Of a stretch of DNA of 64,000 nucleotides, positions 28,572 through 39,125 are shown one piece after another. The position numbers and the translations under genes were made by a program. The notes under the pieces were generated by a model. The model saw only the letters and a list, made by a program, of their open reading frames with translations, searched no databases and had not been told where the DNA came from. Each line of letters begins with the position of its first letter. Within the stretch, counting starts at the first letter, position 1. Source of the stretch: a virus; the IMG/VR virus record IMGVR_UViG_3300025897_000009. One strand, given 5' to 3'.

Positions 28572-29619
28572 CAGTTATTTCTCCTGTTTCTTTATCAAAA
28601 TCAACAGATCCTCCATACTTAAACTCTTTGCCAGCAGCATCTTCTAGTTGCTCCATGATCTCTGGAGTATAGTATTTCTCAGGATTGTTATTTATAGTTT
28701 TACCAAATTGTGTAGTACCATCTGGCAGTTCGATTCTGGTGGACTTATTTTTAAAGACACCATACTTTAATCCTAATTCAAGCAGACCATAATATCTATC
28801 TAGTCCACTGTCATACATCAGTTTGGTATCTACTATTTTGTTTTCAATAGTCAACCTCGACTTAGCATTCTTACAGTGGATGATATTACCAACAACATCT
28901 TTACCATCTTTCTCTTTTCTTTTAGATAAGAAAATGATAGAAGATGCAGCATACTTAAGACCTGATCCACCACCCATCTCTTTCGTTGGGAACATTGAAC
29001 CAATACTGTCATAAGTATGGTTTGTCACTATCATAGGAACTTTTGCTCGACCTAGTTTCAAAGTAAGAACTCTGAATGCACCTTTTAGAATCTGTGCTCT
29101 GGTCATATCTCTTGTTTCTTTACCCTCAGCAGTATCTTCAATCTCTTTGGTTGTAGATAACATGCCAAGTGAATCTAAGACGAACATCATCTTAGGTCTT
29201 TTATCTTCGGGTGTTTCTAGATAACGATCAATGACTTTGATCGTTTGAGTTCGGAACTCTTGTGCTGTTACGACTGGAACGATAACGATACGATCGGGAT
29301 CAATACCTCGTTCTTCAATCATTTGTGTAGTAATCGCTGACTCTGATTCAAAGTACATTACTGCTGCATCAGGATTATCTTCTAAGAATCTTTTACATAT
29401 TCCTAGAGCAAAAAAGGTTTTACCTGTGGCTGATTCACCAGCGATTGCTGTTATTTTATTTTCGGGAAGTCCACCATACAGTGAACCTGAAAGTAAGGCA
29501 TTAAAGATGTAAGAACCAGTGTCGACAAATCCATCGACGTCTCCTGCTTCTATACCTTCTGATACGATATTGGCATACTCATTCCCTGATGCCTTCACTA
29601 GATCTTTTAGAAAACTCAT
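28546..29619 (-). CDS. uvsX: UvsX RecA-like recombinase
   Basis: [26 protein letters not shown]. Confidence 0.95.
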   Translation of the reverse strand: MSFLKDLVKASGNEYANIVSEGIEAGDVDGFVDTGSYIFNALLSGSLYGGLPENKITAIAGESATGKTFFALGICKRFLEDNPDAAVMYFESESAITTQMIEERGIDPDRIVIVPVVTAQEFRTQTIKVIDRYLETPEDKRPKMMFVLDSLGMLSTTKEIEDTAEGKETRDMTRAQILKGAFRVLTLKLGRAKVPMIVTNHTYDSIGSMFPTKEMGGGSGLKYAASSIIFLSKRKEKDGKDVVGNIIHCKNAKSRLTIENKIVDTKLMYDSGLDRYYGLLELGLKYGVFKNKSTRIELPDGTTQFGKTINNNPEKYYTPEIMEQLEDAAGKEFKYGGSVDFDKETGEITDEEYTDKS

Positions 29620-29773
29620 TATTCACTTCTCCATTACAAATTTTATCATCATACTTTATATGTTCTTTCATCATTGCCTTTATATCGCTCAACTGATGCT
29701 CCATGTATAACAGGATAGCAATCGTTGCGGAGCAAAAAACAAAAAAGATTACGTCCATTAAGTTATGATCCAT
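29579..29773 (-). CDS. Small membrane protein
   Basis: N-terminal TM. Confidence 0.5.
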   Translation of the reverse strand: MDHNLMDVIFFVFCSATIAILLYMEHQLSDIKAMMKEHIKYDDKICNGEVNNEFSKRSSEGIRE

Positions 29774-29781
29774 AATTTATT

Positions 29782-30216
29782 CTACTCTATTATTCCCTTT
29801 TCGTAAAGGTACTTTCGGTTAAATAGATGTAATTCTTTTATGTCATCCTTTGATTGCCCATGATATGGCACTGCCATTTTGTTTTCAATCAAAGAATCAC
29901 AGACTGATTCCCATGACTCATTCACATTGTTGTGAACATGGAAGTCTCCGATAATTCTACCAAACTTTCCTTTTGACTCATATTTCTTTGTTACAAGTTT
30001 ATGTGTGCTGCCAACAGGTAGTTTTTCCAGTAGAAACTTCTTGGATAAAAGTCCAAATTTCTTTTCTTCTAAATCTCTAGTTCTTGACTCAGGTGTATCA
30101 ATGCCTTCTAAACGAACTCGTTCATCTTTTAGAACGATGTTGAAACCTAAATCTATATCGATGTCGACTGTATCGCCATCGACCACTTTCAATATTGTAC
30201 ATTTATATTCATACAT
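29782..30216 (-). CDS. Thermonuclease (SNase-like)
   Basis: VVDGDTV, VRLEGIDTPE, KFGRII. Confidence 0.9.
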   Translation of the reverse strand: MYEYKCTILKVVDGDTVDIDIDLGFNIVLKDERVRLEGIDTPESRTRDLEEKKFGLLSKKFLLEKLPVGSTHKLVTKKYESKGKFGRIIGDFHVHNNVNESWESVCDSLIENKMAVPYHGQSKDDIKELHLFNRKYLYEKGIIE

Positions 30217-30227
30217 AGTTTCAATAT

Positions 30228-32726
30228 TTAGGCAAAAAAACTGTCTAAACTAGCAGTTGGTTCTGTATTCCAGTCTATCGTATATAAAATTGCCTGTAGA
30301 GGTTCTAGAAAACTCTTTTTGAACTGTAAGTCATAATCTACATACTTGTGTAGATCAAACTCTTTTGGTAAGAAACCAATGAAAGCAATTACATTTTCAT
30401 TGATAGTGTTAGGAAGTTTTAGATAACAGAACTTGATCTTCTCACCATTCTTGATCAAACTGTATCTCATCTCTAATCCTTTTTTGTTTAGATAATGATT
30501 GTATAACAAAGAACCTCTTACATGAATCGGTGTACTCTTTGTGTAGATGTTAGCATTATCTTTATACTGTAGTAATCCTTTAACACTACGAGGGAATGCT
30601 ACTTCTTCAGGTGGTAGTTGAGTAAACATTATCCTGCTCTCCTCTACAAAGTTATGTATTGCTGTTTCGTCACCTTGCATGACCACCTTTAATCCTTCTT
30701 CTAACCTTTTGCGTACCCAAAGAGGAGTAGATGATTTTGCAGTTTCAATACCCATCATCTTCAACTTAGGTTGAGCAAGTCGAACTCCTTCGTCATCAAG
30801 TACATTTAGAATGTATCTTTTCTTAGCAGTCCATATACCTTTGTCTGCTATTACTTCTCTTGCCATTTGCATCTTTTGATCATAAGCATTTACATAGTCA
30901 GCAAGTTCTTGATAAGACTGATCAATAAAAGGTTCAATCTTTTCCTTAGCAATCTGATCTAAAAATTGTAATGGGTTCTTAGGATTCACTTTCTGTATCA
31001 ATTCATCAAACCTTACATACACTGAATCAGTATCCATTGCGATAACATAATCGGCATCAGTCTTGAGTAAATTGTTCAACCATTCGTTAATCTTCTTTTC
31101 AATCCATTGTATAGATAACTGCCCTGCTGTAGTAATGCCTTCTGCGATTCTGAGATTAAAGAAAGCAAAGTATTGGTTAGCAAGTGCACCATATGCTGAG
31201 TTAAGAGAAATCTTACGCACCATTTGGTTATTATGACAAATGGTAATTAATGATTGTAGTTCTTGTTTCTTTTTAGGATCAGTTTCAGTTTGAAGTTTCT
31301 TTGATGCTTCAATCATTCTACCTTTCCACAACTTCCTTTCATCATAGAACTGTTCCATTAACTCTGGTAAGAATCCTTGTTTCTTCTTACTAAACACTGC
31401 ACCATTAGGCACAACTGTCACATCTTTGCGTTTGATATATGTAGAATCATATTGCCCATTAAGTAGTTTCTTAACAGTGACATCTTCATGATCTTTTGTT
31501 AAGGTTTCTGGTGACATATTGTACTGCATAATCAAATGAGGATACAGTGAGTTTAAGTCAAAGGAAAGTACCCAATCGTGCCCACCAACTTGTGGTTCTT
31601 TTACATATGCACCTATAATTGGACCCTTCTTATCGTTGCCTGTTTTTAAAGCAGGTGGTGGAGTTTGTATGTTCCTATCTCTCAAGAAGTTGTAAATAAT
31701 AGTTTCCCAGTATCTTACTTGACCAAAGGTATCACCATAATTACACTTCGCAGTATAAGTCATAGCAAAGATTAAATCAATCAATCCTAGTTTCTTATCT
31801 AATCTTTCTACCAAGTCAACATCTTTGATGTTGTACTCTAAGAACTTAATGTAGTCTTGTTTGTATAGTAAGTGTAGAGATGACTGTTCATAGTCCAATT
31901 TACCCTCACCAAGTTCTACTTGGGCAATGTTATCTAAACGATAAGACTCTTGGTTCTTGTAAGTAAATTTGCGATAGATCTGTAAATAATCTAAAATAGT
32001 AATACCATGAAGTTTCCAAGATTGCTGTAGATTTGTACCACCCATAAAGTTCCATTCTCTGGTGTCTGACATACCCCATGGTGATAGTTTCTTATGTTCT
32101 CCATCACCAAACAGTTTGTCAATTCTATTACAAAGATAAGTGATGTCAAAGGTTTCTACATTCCAACCTGTGATACAATCTGGAGATAGTTCTCTCCAAA
32201 CTTTGATGAATTTTAAAAGTAATTCCTTCTCAGATTGACAAGGATGATAGATTATGTTTTGTTGATGATCCCATTCACCAAACCCAAACACATGGGCAGG
32301 TTGATCAAATTGTTTAAGGGTGATGGCATTGACTCTTTCATTTGCCAATGTGGGTTCGGGGAATCCTTCTTCACACTCACACTCAATGTCAAGAGTACAA
32401 ACTCGAATGAGTTTGGGGTCGTACTCTATTTCACCTTGAAAGTTCTCTGCGATATAGGTATATGCCCAACGATCAAAACCATGAACCTCAAAAGAATCAA
32501 TACCAGAATACTTCTCACGAAATCTTCTTGCTCCACTCATCCCATTTAGTTTAACAGGTTCGAGGTTTCTTCCGTCTAAGGTTTTATATGGCGAGTCGGG
32601 TTTATTAGAGAGAACATACAGAGTTGGTCTGTATGGCAAGGTTGCCTTTGCTTGCTTGCCATCTTTATAACCTCTTACAAGTATCTTGTCTCTAGTTGGG
32701 TGTACATGCGTATAAAAATCCATCAA
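30228..32726 (-). CDS. 43: Family B DNA polymerase (T4 gp43-like)
   Basis: DIE ExoI, SFDLNSLYPH, KISLNSAYG, DTDS. Confidence 0.98.
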   Translation of the reverse strand: MMDFYTHVHPTRDKILVRGYKDGKQAKATLPYRPTLYVLSNKPDSPYKTLDGRNLEPVKLNGMSGARRFREKYSGIDSFEVHGFDRWAYTYIAENFQGEIEYDPKLIRVCTLDIECECEEGFPEPTLANERVNAITLKQFDQPAHVFGFGEWDHQQNIIYHPCQSEKELLLKFIKVWRELSPDCITGWNVETFDITYLCNRIDKLFGDGEHKKLSPWGMSDTREWNFMGGTNLQQSWKLHGITILDYLQIYRKFTYKNQESYRLDNIAQVELGEGKLDYEQSSLHLLYKQDYIKFLEYNIKDVDLVERLDKKLGLIDLIFAMTYTAKCNYGDTFGQVRYWETIIYNFLRDRNIQTPPPALKTGNDKKGPIIGAYVKEPQVGGHDWVLSFDLNSLYPHLIMQYNMSPETLTKDHEDVTVKKLLNGQYDSTYIKRKDVTVVPNGAVFSKKKQGFLPELMEQFYDERKLWKGRMIEASKKLQTETDPKKKQELQSLITICHNNQMVRKISLNSAYGALANQYFAFFNLRIAEGITTAGQLSIQWIEKKINEWLNNLLKTDADYVIAMDTDSVYVRFDELIQKVNPKNPLQFLDQIAKEKIEPFIDQSYQELADYVNAYDQKMQMAREVIADKGIWTAKKRYILNVLDDEGVRLAQPKLKMMGIETAKSSTPLWVRKRLEEGLKVVMQGDETAIHNFVEESRIMFTQLPPEEVAFPRSVKGLLQYKDNANIYTKSTPIHVRGSLLYNHYLNKKGLEMRYSLIKNGEKIKFCYLKLPNTINENVIAFIGFLPKEFDLHKYVDYDLQFKKSFLEPLQAILYTIDWNTEPTASLDSFFA

Positions 32727-32731
32727 GACTT

Positions 32732-32760
32732 ATTGTACCTCAAAAGCACAATGTTGTAAA
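32732..32760 (-). promoter_or_regulatory. Phage promoter (TTTACA-N17-TACAAT)
   Basis: Immediately upstream of gene 43. Confidence 0.75.
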
Positions 32761-32771
32761 GTGGGTTCTGA

Positions 32772-32978
32772 CTAGAAACGATTAATTTCTTCAAGTAAAT
32801 CTCTGTAATGTGCCATCTTAGTCAGTTCTGCTTCAATCGTTTCCATAACATCTGGATGTTCTGCAACACCAACTGAATTGTGTAAGATGTTCAATACATT
32901 TACTTTGTGTTTGTTTATTAATGCCTCGTAATGCATTTGACCTGCTTCGAGGATGGAGTCTCTCATAGTTTTAGACAT
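32772..32978 (-). CDS. Conserved small hypothetical protein
   Basis: VGVAEHPD motif. Confidence 0.7.
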   Translation of the reverse strand: MSKTMRDSILEAGQMHYEALINKHKVNVLNILHNSVGVAEHPDVMETIEAELTKMAHYRDLLEEINRF

Positions 32979-32993
32979 AATGTAGTTCTCTCT

Positions 32994-33530
32994 TTAAGGG
33001 TTTTGTCGATCGTTTTCGTCGAAGTCTAAGAATCCTGTTGCTGCGAAATACTCATCGCCAGATTCTATTGCTTTGCCAACATTAACAACTCTATCTCTGA
33101 GTCTTGTTGATCTTGGTCCAACTTGGGTTGCCCATTTTGAATCCATCATTTGTACTGCCATTTCAGCATAGTCACCAGCATCAAGTGCTGCTAACATTTT
33201 TTTGAATCCTGCTAATCTAGTCATACCCATATTAAACATCATGTTAAGCAATACATGTTGGATCTCTCCAGGGAATGCAAGGAACTTATCCTCACCCCAC
33301 ATGTGTAAGCATTCTTTAAAATGTTTATCAATGTCTAAAAATAATAATTCGTTAACTCTTTCATCTGATATAGTATCACCGACTTCTAGTTTTTCTAATC
33401 CTGCGTCTCCTTCTGGATTAATGAGGTGTCCTACCCCAACTGTCTTTAGTCCTAAAGAGTCTAGATACACATCATTTTTGACTCCTTCGTCAAATTTGAT
33501 TTGTTCTATAAATTTATGGTCTCTTCTCAT
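32994..33530 (-). CDS. Lysozyme (GH24, T4 e-like)
   Basis: DEG...Y.DSLGLKTVGVGHL, NMMFNMG, DSKWATQVG; start reset to MRRDHK. Confidence 0.9.
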   Translation of the reverse strand: MRRDHKFIEQIKFDEGVKNDVYLDSLGLKTVGVGHLINPEGDAGLEKLEVGDTISDERVNELLFLDIDKHFKECLHMWGEDKFLAFPGEIQHVLLNMMFNMGMTRLAGFKKMLAALDAGDYAEMAVQMMDSKWATQVGPRSTRLRDRVVNVGKAIESGDEYFAATGFLDFDENDRQNP

Positions 33531-34180
33531 TTCAATAGTTCTCCTGAAAAATATTTTTTTAACATGTCTGTGAATGACAGCCATGGTTCGTATAATAGTA
33601 CAACTTCGCATCCTTTATCCTCTCTCATTGTTTTTACTCCATGGGGGAGCATAAAGTTGCAGATATGTGCTGTATCATTATTTATAGTAATCGTTCTCTC
33701 ATATGATCTTAAGTTCTTAAGAGGAATGATTCCTAAGTGTTCTCCATATACATCCCATTGAGGAATCGATACTTCATAATGTAGATCCAAAGGATAGTCT
33801 GGATCTGTAGCATAAGTAATACCTGATGCTCTCATGGGCATATCTAAGTGTAATAGATATGGGGTATTGGGTTTCATTCTCAAGTATGCCAATACAGGTC
33901 TCTTGAGATTAAAGTTTTCAAGTACCCATGGATGGTCAACGATTCTACTGTGTAGTATCTCTGCACAATCCCCATCTGGTATTTGATCTCGCAGATCTTG
34001 TACCACATGTGAGGGTAGTGTACCCATCTTTGGTTCTTCGATAGGATGTGCCATCCCACCTATTGTTAGAGGATCATTACGATGCTCTATACCAAACTCT
34101 TCTATTAATTGTTGCTGTGTACTAAAGATGACATCTTGGTAGACATCTTCATTCGTTATCTTCGTCTTTTTGATTGACAT
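33527..34180 (-). CDS. Cupin/oxygenase-like hypothetical protein
   Basis: LHLD...PHGV (HxD...H). Confidence 0.4.
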   Translation of the reverse strand: MSIKKTKITNEDVYQDVIFSTQQQLIEEFGIEHRNDPLTIGGMAHPIEEPKMGTLPSHVVQDLRDQIPDGDCAEILHSRIVDHPWVLENFNLKRPVLAYLRMKPNTPYLLHLDMPMRASGITYATDPDYPLDLHYEVSIPQWDVYGEHLGIIPLKNLRSYERTITINNDTAHICNFMLPHGVKTMREDKGCEVVLLYEPWLSFTDMLKKYFSGELLK

Positions 34181-34544
34181 CTATTTTATCTATAACTTCT
34201 TTTTGTTCTTGTCGTACTTGATTCATAATCAGTTCTACTAGAATATCACCCATCAATGCTTGCAACTGCATGTCTGTATACAGGTCTTCAACTCTATCTT
34301 CATAAACTTCCCCACCCCATCGAATATTTCTTTCGAACTGTAGTTCTTTTTCACCTTCTACGAACGACACTCTACCATACTGAAATATAAGTCCTTTGTA
34401 TTCAGATATATTTATTCTTACACCTGCATCATTCTCTTTAGGGTTTTCAACTATGGTATAGACACCATCATCAAACAAAGGATTATCTCCATCCTGGAAC
34501 ATCATCCTTTCACTAGAAAGCATTACATCTCTGGTTTCACTCAT
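34149..34544 (-). CDS. Hypothetical protein
   Basis: Coupled ORF. Confidence 0.65.
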   Translation of the reverse strand: MSETRDVMLSSERMMFQDGDNPLFDDGVYTIVENPKENDAGVRINISEYKGLIFQYGRVSFVEGEKELQFERNIRWGGEVYEDRVEDLYTDMQLQALMGDILVELIMNQVRQEQKEVIDKIDVNQKDEDNE

Positions 34545-34831
34545 GATACAATACCAGCAGATGCTACTTTAATTGAACTCGTAGCATCTTCATATGCTTC
34601 AGCAACTTTCTTATTTGTGGGTGTCATGAACACGATAGTTTGAAATTGAACTTCTGTAGGATTTTCATTTCCTGTTACAGCAATACCTTTTGCGAAACCC
34701 ATTTGTCCATCTTGATTTTGAAGAATCATTCTAGGATCTTTCATCACAACATGGGTGTCACCATACTCTGTGAGTTTTCCTACATATTCTCCACTTATTG
34801 TCACCACTGTGACGATATCACCTACTTGCAT
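34541..34831 (-). CDS. Small beta-barrel (Sm/SH3-like) hypothetical protein
   Basis: GDIVTV..SGEYVGKL pattern. Confidence 0.5.
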   Translation of the reverse strand: MQVGDIVTVVTISGEYVGKLTEYGDTHVVMKDPRMILQNQDGQMGFAKGIAVTGNENPTEVQFQTIVFMTPTNKKVAEAYEDATSSIKVASAGIVS

Positions 34832-35666
34832 AATATTCTCCTAGTTTGTCATCGTCAAAACTAGATCTCCAGTTTACTCGATGTTTGTGGTTATCGTTTA
34901 AGATAACTCTGTGATTTGTCATGAGTTGATTCCATATTAGAATGTCACCTTTCTCATACCTGTGCTTATAAGCAAACATCGGATTGTTTGCTTCCATCTC
35001 TATGTGATTCATCAGTTGTATAACTTTTGGATCTTGTTGCTGATTAATCATCGTTGGGTTAAAGCAATAATGCATTTTACCAAAGAACGATTGAACTAAT
35101 GGATGATCATGACTTAACTTCTCATAATCTTCAGTAGTTGGGTTCTTAATAGTATGTATATTCGTATTGAAGTGGGTGTACTGCACATCCTTTGCTTCTT
35201 CTTTATGTTGACTGTACTTATAAGTTGCTGCCAAGTTTCTAAACTCAGTCATCGGATGAGGTGTTCCCTCGACCGATTGATTCATGATAATACTGAATCT
35301 TGTTGGTTTGGGCATACAAGTCATATCTTGATGCCATTCACCGATGTACTTTCCATTTGCTTTGAATAAGTCATCTTTGTTATCCATTGCATAGATATCC
35401 ATAGGAGTCATATGCATTTTGGGTTCATACTTGCTCAGAGGCACATGTAATTCATCTGCACCCATAGTTCCTAAACTATTAATGAACTTGAATGCCCATT
35501 CCCTATCACCTGTTCTTACTTTTTTAGAACGAATAATTACCAATGGTGATCTGAGTAGATTATCCCAAATATCTTCAGGTTCTATAGTATCTACAAGAGT
35601 AAAATTATTCGGGAAGGATATGTTTAACATTATCGCTGTAATATTCCTTGATAAGATTATCGTCAA
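34818..35666 (-). CDS. TauD/TfdA-family dioxygenase
   Basis: WHQD, GDILIWNQ..TNHR, terminal R. Confidence 0.8.
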   Translation of the reverse strand: MTIILSRNITAIMLNISFPNNFTLVDTIEPEDIWDNLLRSPLVIIRSKKVRTGDREWAFKFINSLGTMGADELHVPLSKYEPKMHMTPMDIYAMDNKDDLFKANGKYIGEWHQDMTCMPKPTRFSIIMNQSVEGTPHPMTEFRNLAATYKYSQHKEEAKDVQYTHFNTNIHTIKNPTTEDYEKLSHDHPLVQSFFGKMHYCFNPTMINQQQDPKVIQLMNHIEMEANNPMFAYKHRYEKGDILIWNQLMTNHRVILNDNHKHRVNWRSSFDDDKLGEYYASR

Positions 35667-36447
35667 AGTTAGAACGATACATAATTCTTTTGCCAGTGTA
35701 AGTTTCTGGTATGATTGCTCTATGTAAAGTTGCTGTATGATTCCATATTACAATATCACCATTCTTCCAATGATGAGTGTGTTTGAGTGTGTTTCTGTTT
35801 TCATACACTTCTTTAAACACACTAGTCGAAAACTCTGCCCAATTTTTACACTCTTGATTTAGAGGTGGGTTATAACTGAAATGCTTTCTACCAAACCATT
35901 CTTGTACCACAGGGTGATAATATGCTCCTTCATATGCTTCGGTATGTAATATATTGTCTATGTCTTGACCTGATGGATCAAAGACTTTATGTAATAATTG
36001 CATTTTCAAATTTTGATGCTCGCTGATTCGATAAGCATCAAACAAATCTATAAATTCGGTTGGGGGTGCATCATAAGTGTCTACTGCTTTAGCATATAGC
36101 AAACAGAACTTAACAGGTTTCTCTGTTGCTGTATAATCTTGGTGCCAATGCTTAGTGTATTGATTCTGTGCTCTGTCCCAATCACTTTGAGAATCAAATT
36201 CTGTAACAAATTCATGGGTGTTGGGTGGGTTTCCAAACTTACTTCCGATCTCTTCTTTCCATTGATCTAGATCGTTCATGTCTACACCATCTAAGCAAGT
36301 TCTCCAACAAGGTTGACCCAACTGCCTAGTTAGGTCTGCGATATCAGACATCTCAAGTTCTTTACCGAGACTGAGATGTACTATAGGTGAGAAGATAAGT
36401 GCTTCTTTAATCTTATCTATATCTAAATTGAATAATCTTGTAAACAT
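35605..36447 (-). CDS. TauD/TfdA-family dioxygenase (paralog)
   Basis: WHQD, PTEF, W..GDIVIWN..TLHRA, R.MYR. Confidence 0.85.
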   Translation of the reverse strand: MFTRLFNLDIDKIKEALIFSPIVHLSLGKELEMSDIADLTRQLGQPCWRTCLDGVDMNDLDQWKEEIGSKFGNPPNTHEFVTEFDSQSDWDRAQNQYTKHWHQDYTATEKPVKFCLLYAKAVDTYDAPPTEFIDLFDAYRISEHQNLKMQLLHKVFDPSGQDIDNILHTEAYEGAYYHPVVQEWFGRKHFSYNPPLNQECKNWAEFSTSVFKEVYENRNTLKHTHHWKNGDIVIWNHTATLHRAIIPETYTGKRIMYRSNFDDNLIKEYYSDNVKHILPE

Positions 36448-36644
36448 TAAAAATAAAAATCCTCAATTGCTAGATAGATGAAGTATGAGAATGCTAATGC
36501 AAACCCTACAACAAAAATGCTACCTATATGAACAGCAAGAACAAACATTGAAACTAATAAAGCATTAAAGAAATCTACTGTTCGTTGATATATTGTATTT
36601 AGCATAGTGACTCTCGTGCCCTTTCCTTCCATTCCATTAACCAA
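36447..36644 (-). CDS. Small membrane protein
   Basis: Hydrophobic segment; likely start at MLNTIY. Confidence 0.45.
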   Translation of the reverse strand: MVNGMEGKGTRVTMLNTIYQRTVDFFNALLVSMFVLAVHIGSIFVVGFALAFSYFIYLAIEDFYF

Positions 36645-37171
36645 TTATCGAACTCTTCATCATCACTCCAGTCATAATCTGCTGGTGTGACTTCAATCAC
36701 TGCTCCTCGAATGCTTTGTATTTCTTCCCAAGTCATTTCGTCATAGTCCATGGTGGTGGTTTCACCTGCCCATTCTGTGACCATAACTCCTGTGAAGTTA
36801 TAGAACTCATCGTCATATTGATTGATCAGTTTTATTTCAGGATCCCATTGAGATAGATACTCTGTTAGTTTTTCTACGAAAGCATCGGCAATAGACCATG
36901 CTGAATACATACAGAAGTAATCATCTTCTGCCTCTGTGATATGACACCACTTGGCACCTACATTATCACAGTACCAATCCCATGAATGTTCTTCCTCAAG
37001 TTTTGGTATTCCTATAAGAGGAGCATAGTCCTCTGGACTTGCATCTTGTAAGAAGTCATTAGGATATTCTTTTTCAAGTTTATCATGTACCAATTGCTTG
37101 ATTCTTTGCCACTCTTCGAGTGCTGACTCATTTGCCTCAATATCTACATACTGATAAACATGATTTGCCAT
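36599..37171 (-). CDS. Hypothetical protein (DUF1281/YubB-like)
   Basis: MANH, WDWYCDNVGAKW and SAWS motifs. Confidence 0.55.
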   Translation of the reverse strand: MANHVYQYVDIEANESALEEWQRIKQLVHDKLEKEYPNDFLQDASPEDYAPLIGIPKLEEEHSWDWYCDNVGAKWCHITEAEDDYFCMYSAWSIADAFVEKLTEYLSQWDPEIKLINQYDDEFYNFTGVMVTEWAGETTTMDYDEMTWEEIQSIRGAVIEVTPADYDWSDDEEFDNWLMEWKERARESLC

Positions 37172-37689
37172 TAGGACTTAGTTCCTTCTATGTAATTGAA
37201 TACTGTGTCAGGATCTGATACAACATAGGAGTCATCATTAGCATTGTCTCTTTGATTAGGTTCTATGAAAGATTTTTCAACAACCATATCATTAATGACC
37301 ATAGCATATCTCCAAGATCTCATACCAAAACCAATGTTTGACTTATCAACTAAAGCACCCATCAATCGAGTAAATTCTCCAGTTCCATCAGGTAATGCTT
37401 TTACATTCTCAACACCTTGTGATTGAAACCATGCGTTCATTACGAACGAATCGTTTACTGATAAGCAGTAGATTTCATCTACACCATTTTCTAAGAACTT
37501 GCTATACTGTTCTTCGTATCCAGGCAACTGCTTAGTTGAACATGTGGGGGTAAATGCTCCAGGAAGTGAGAATAAAACGACTCTCTTTCCACCAAACATT
37601 TCTACTGTTTCTTTAGTTACAAATTCACCTAGTTCTCTGAATGTAAACTTGACATTCGGAACAAAATTTTTCAATTCAAATTCTGACAT
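37171..37689 (-). CDS. Peroxiredoxin (Prx5/redoxin type)
   Basis: LPGAFTPTCS, SVNDSFVM, GMRSWRY. Confidence 0.93.
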   Translation of the reverse strand: MSEFELKNFVPNVKFTFRELGEFVTKETVEMFGGKRVVLFSLPGAFTPTCSTKQLPGYEEQYSKFLENGVDEIYCLSVNDSFVMNAWFQSQGVENVKALPDGTGEFTRLMGALVDKSNIGFGMRSWRYAMVINDMVVEKSFIEPNQRDNANDDSYVVSDPDTVFNYIEGTKS

Positions 37690-37850
37690 TATTTATCTCC
37701 CATAACGATAGATGGATCTTTTGCAGAGAATAACTCTTTTAAGAATCTCATCACTTTAGTTTGTCTATCGAATACAAAGTTTCTAAACTCTTCCATGTAT
37801 TCAACTTGTACGATAAATCCATTTTGGACTTTTTCTACTTCTATTTTCAT
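37689..37850 (-). CDS. Small hypothetical protein (53 aa)
   Basis: Manual translation MKIEVEKVQNGFIV...; GAGG SD upstream. Confidence 0.65.
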   Translation of the reverse strand: MKIEVEKVQNGFIVQVEYMEEFRNFVFDRQTKVMRFLKELFSAKDPSIVMGDK

Positions 37851-37871
37851 AATATATATTTCCTCAAATTA

Positions 37872-37948
37872 TGGCGATCCAGAAGGGACTCGAACCCTCA
37901 ACTTCTGCCGTGACAGGGCAGTGCTCTAACCAATTGAACTACTGGACC
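37872..37948 (-). tRNA. tRNA-Asp (GTC)
   Basis: Cloverleaf, CTGTCAC anticodon loop, GTTCGAGT T-loop, encoded CCA. Confidence 0.95.
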
Positions 37949-37952
37949 AAAG

Positions 37953-38028
37953 TGGTGGAGTGAGAGGGACTCGAACCCTCGACCTCTTCCGTGCAAGGGA
38001 AGCATTCTCCCAACTGAACTACCACCCC
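37953..38028 (-). tRNA. tRNA-Ala (TGC)
   Basis: GGGG 5' end with G3:U70, CTTGCAC anticodon loop, encoded CCA. Confidence 0.95.
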
Positions 38029-38032
38029 ACAT

Positions 38033-38108
<76 letters not shown>

Positions 38109-38223
38109 ATTCATTTGTCTATTTTGTATTTGCGCCATTTCCATAACAATAAACGAACCCTCCACCGATAGTAGAAGGTTCGTAGTTTGCTAATTCTTTC
38201 ACGCAAATTCATAATACAAGTAT

Positions 38224-38252
38224 ATTGTACTATTAAAGTTGTGTGTCGTAAA
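38224..38252 (-). promoter_or_regulatory. Phage promoter (TTTACG-N17-TACAAT) upstream of tRNA cluster
   Basis: Repeated motif. Confidence 0.75.
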
Positions 38253-38259
38253 GGTAGTT

Positions 38260-38712
38260 TTATTCAGAAAGTAAACTTTTTTTAGATGTTTTGCTTACTT
38301 TTCCACCAATATCGAAGATTTTTGGTTTCTTTTCTTCTGGAATAATGCGTTCTAGATCAATGAGTAAGATACCATTGGCCAAGTCAACATTAACTACTTC
38401 CACATCTTCAGCAAGGGCAAAAGATCTTTTAAAGAAACGAGAAGAGATTCCTTTGTGTAGGAATGACTCTTCGTCATCTTTATCTTTGTTTCCTTCAATG
38501 AACAGAGTGTGTTCTTTGAGTTCTACTTTAAGATCATCCTTACCAAAACCAGCGACTGCTATTTCAATAGTGAAATGCTCATCATCTGTTTTGCGGATGT
38601 TGTAGGGTGGATATGATGTAGAGGAATTTGCTTGAGACGCAATCTCTAATCTGTTGAATAAGGAATCTAGACCGATTCCATACATAAGGTTTGATGTATT
38701 AAATGTTACCAT
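38260..38712 (-). CDS. Small heat shock protein (Hsp20/IbpA-like)
   Basis: YPPYNI, IEIAVAGF, LHKGIS.R.F, NGIL, PEEKKP; start reset to MVTFN with AGGAG SD. Confidence 0.95.
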   Translation of the reverse strand: MVTFNTSNLMYGIGLDSLFNRLEIASQANSSTSYPPYNIRKTDDEHFTIEIAVAGFGKDDLKVELKEHTLFIEGNKDKDDEESFLHKGISSRFFKRSFALAEDVEVVNVDLANGILLIDLERIIPEEKKPKIFDIGGKVSKTSKKSLLSE

Positions 38713-38958
38713 CGTTTTTCTCCTTTTTAGCGAGTTGTAATTTGGCACCCATAATGGCATGCCTCCAAGTTGAGAATCTACTGATCCTCAAATATTATTT
38801 AGTCAATTTGTCACGTGAAACTTCTAATTGTTTCAACTTTATTTTCCAAATTTCCTTAAATTCTGGATCTTTTGCTTTTAGGATAGCATTCTGTAATGCT
38901 TCCTTTCTGTTAAGATAGTTGTACTCTCGTACAGCAGCAACCATGACTGTATTTGTAA

Positions 38959-39117
38959 TCATCGTCCTTGACCTCTATATCTGCCCTGTGCTCTTTTCTT
39001 ATGCTTATTCAAAGTAGATGTTGCTTGTCGCACTTGTCTACCTCTGCCTGGAGTTCCTTGACTTGTTTTCTTACGAGTCACAGGAGTATGTTTGGTCAAT
39101 CTAAATTTTGCTGCCAT
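38959..39117 (-). CDS. Small basic conserved phage protein
   Basis: KKTSQG...NKHKKR...YRGQGR; start reset to MAAKF. Confidence 0.65.
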   Translation of the reverse strand: MAAKFRLTKHTPVTRKKTSQGTPGRGRQVRQATSTLNKHKKRAQGRYRGQGR

Positions 39118-39125
39118 AATAATTC

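Noticed and set aside
7385-32726. Introns or inteins in nrdA, nrdB, gene 41, uvsX or gene 43
   Set aside because: Continuous ORFs of ordinary length with no intein-sized insertions
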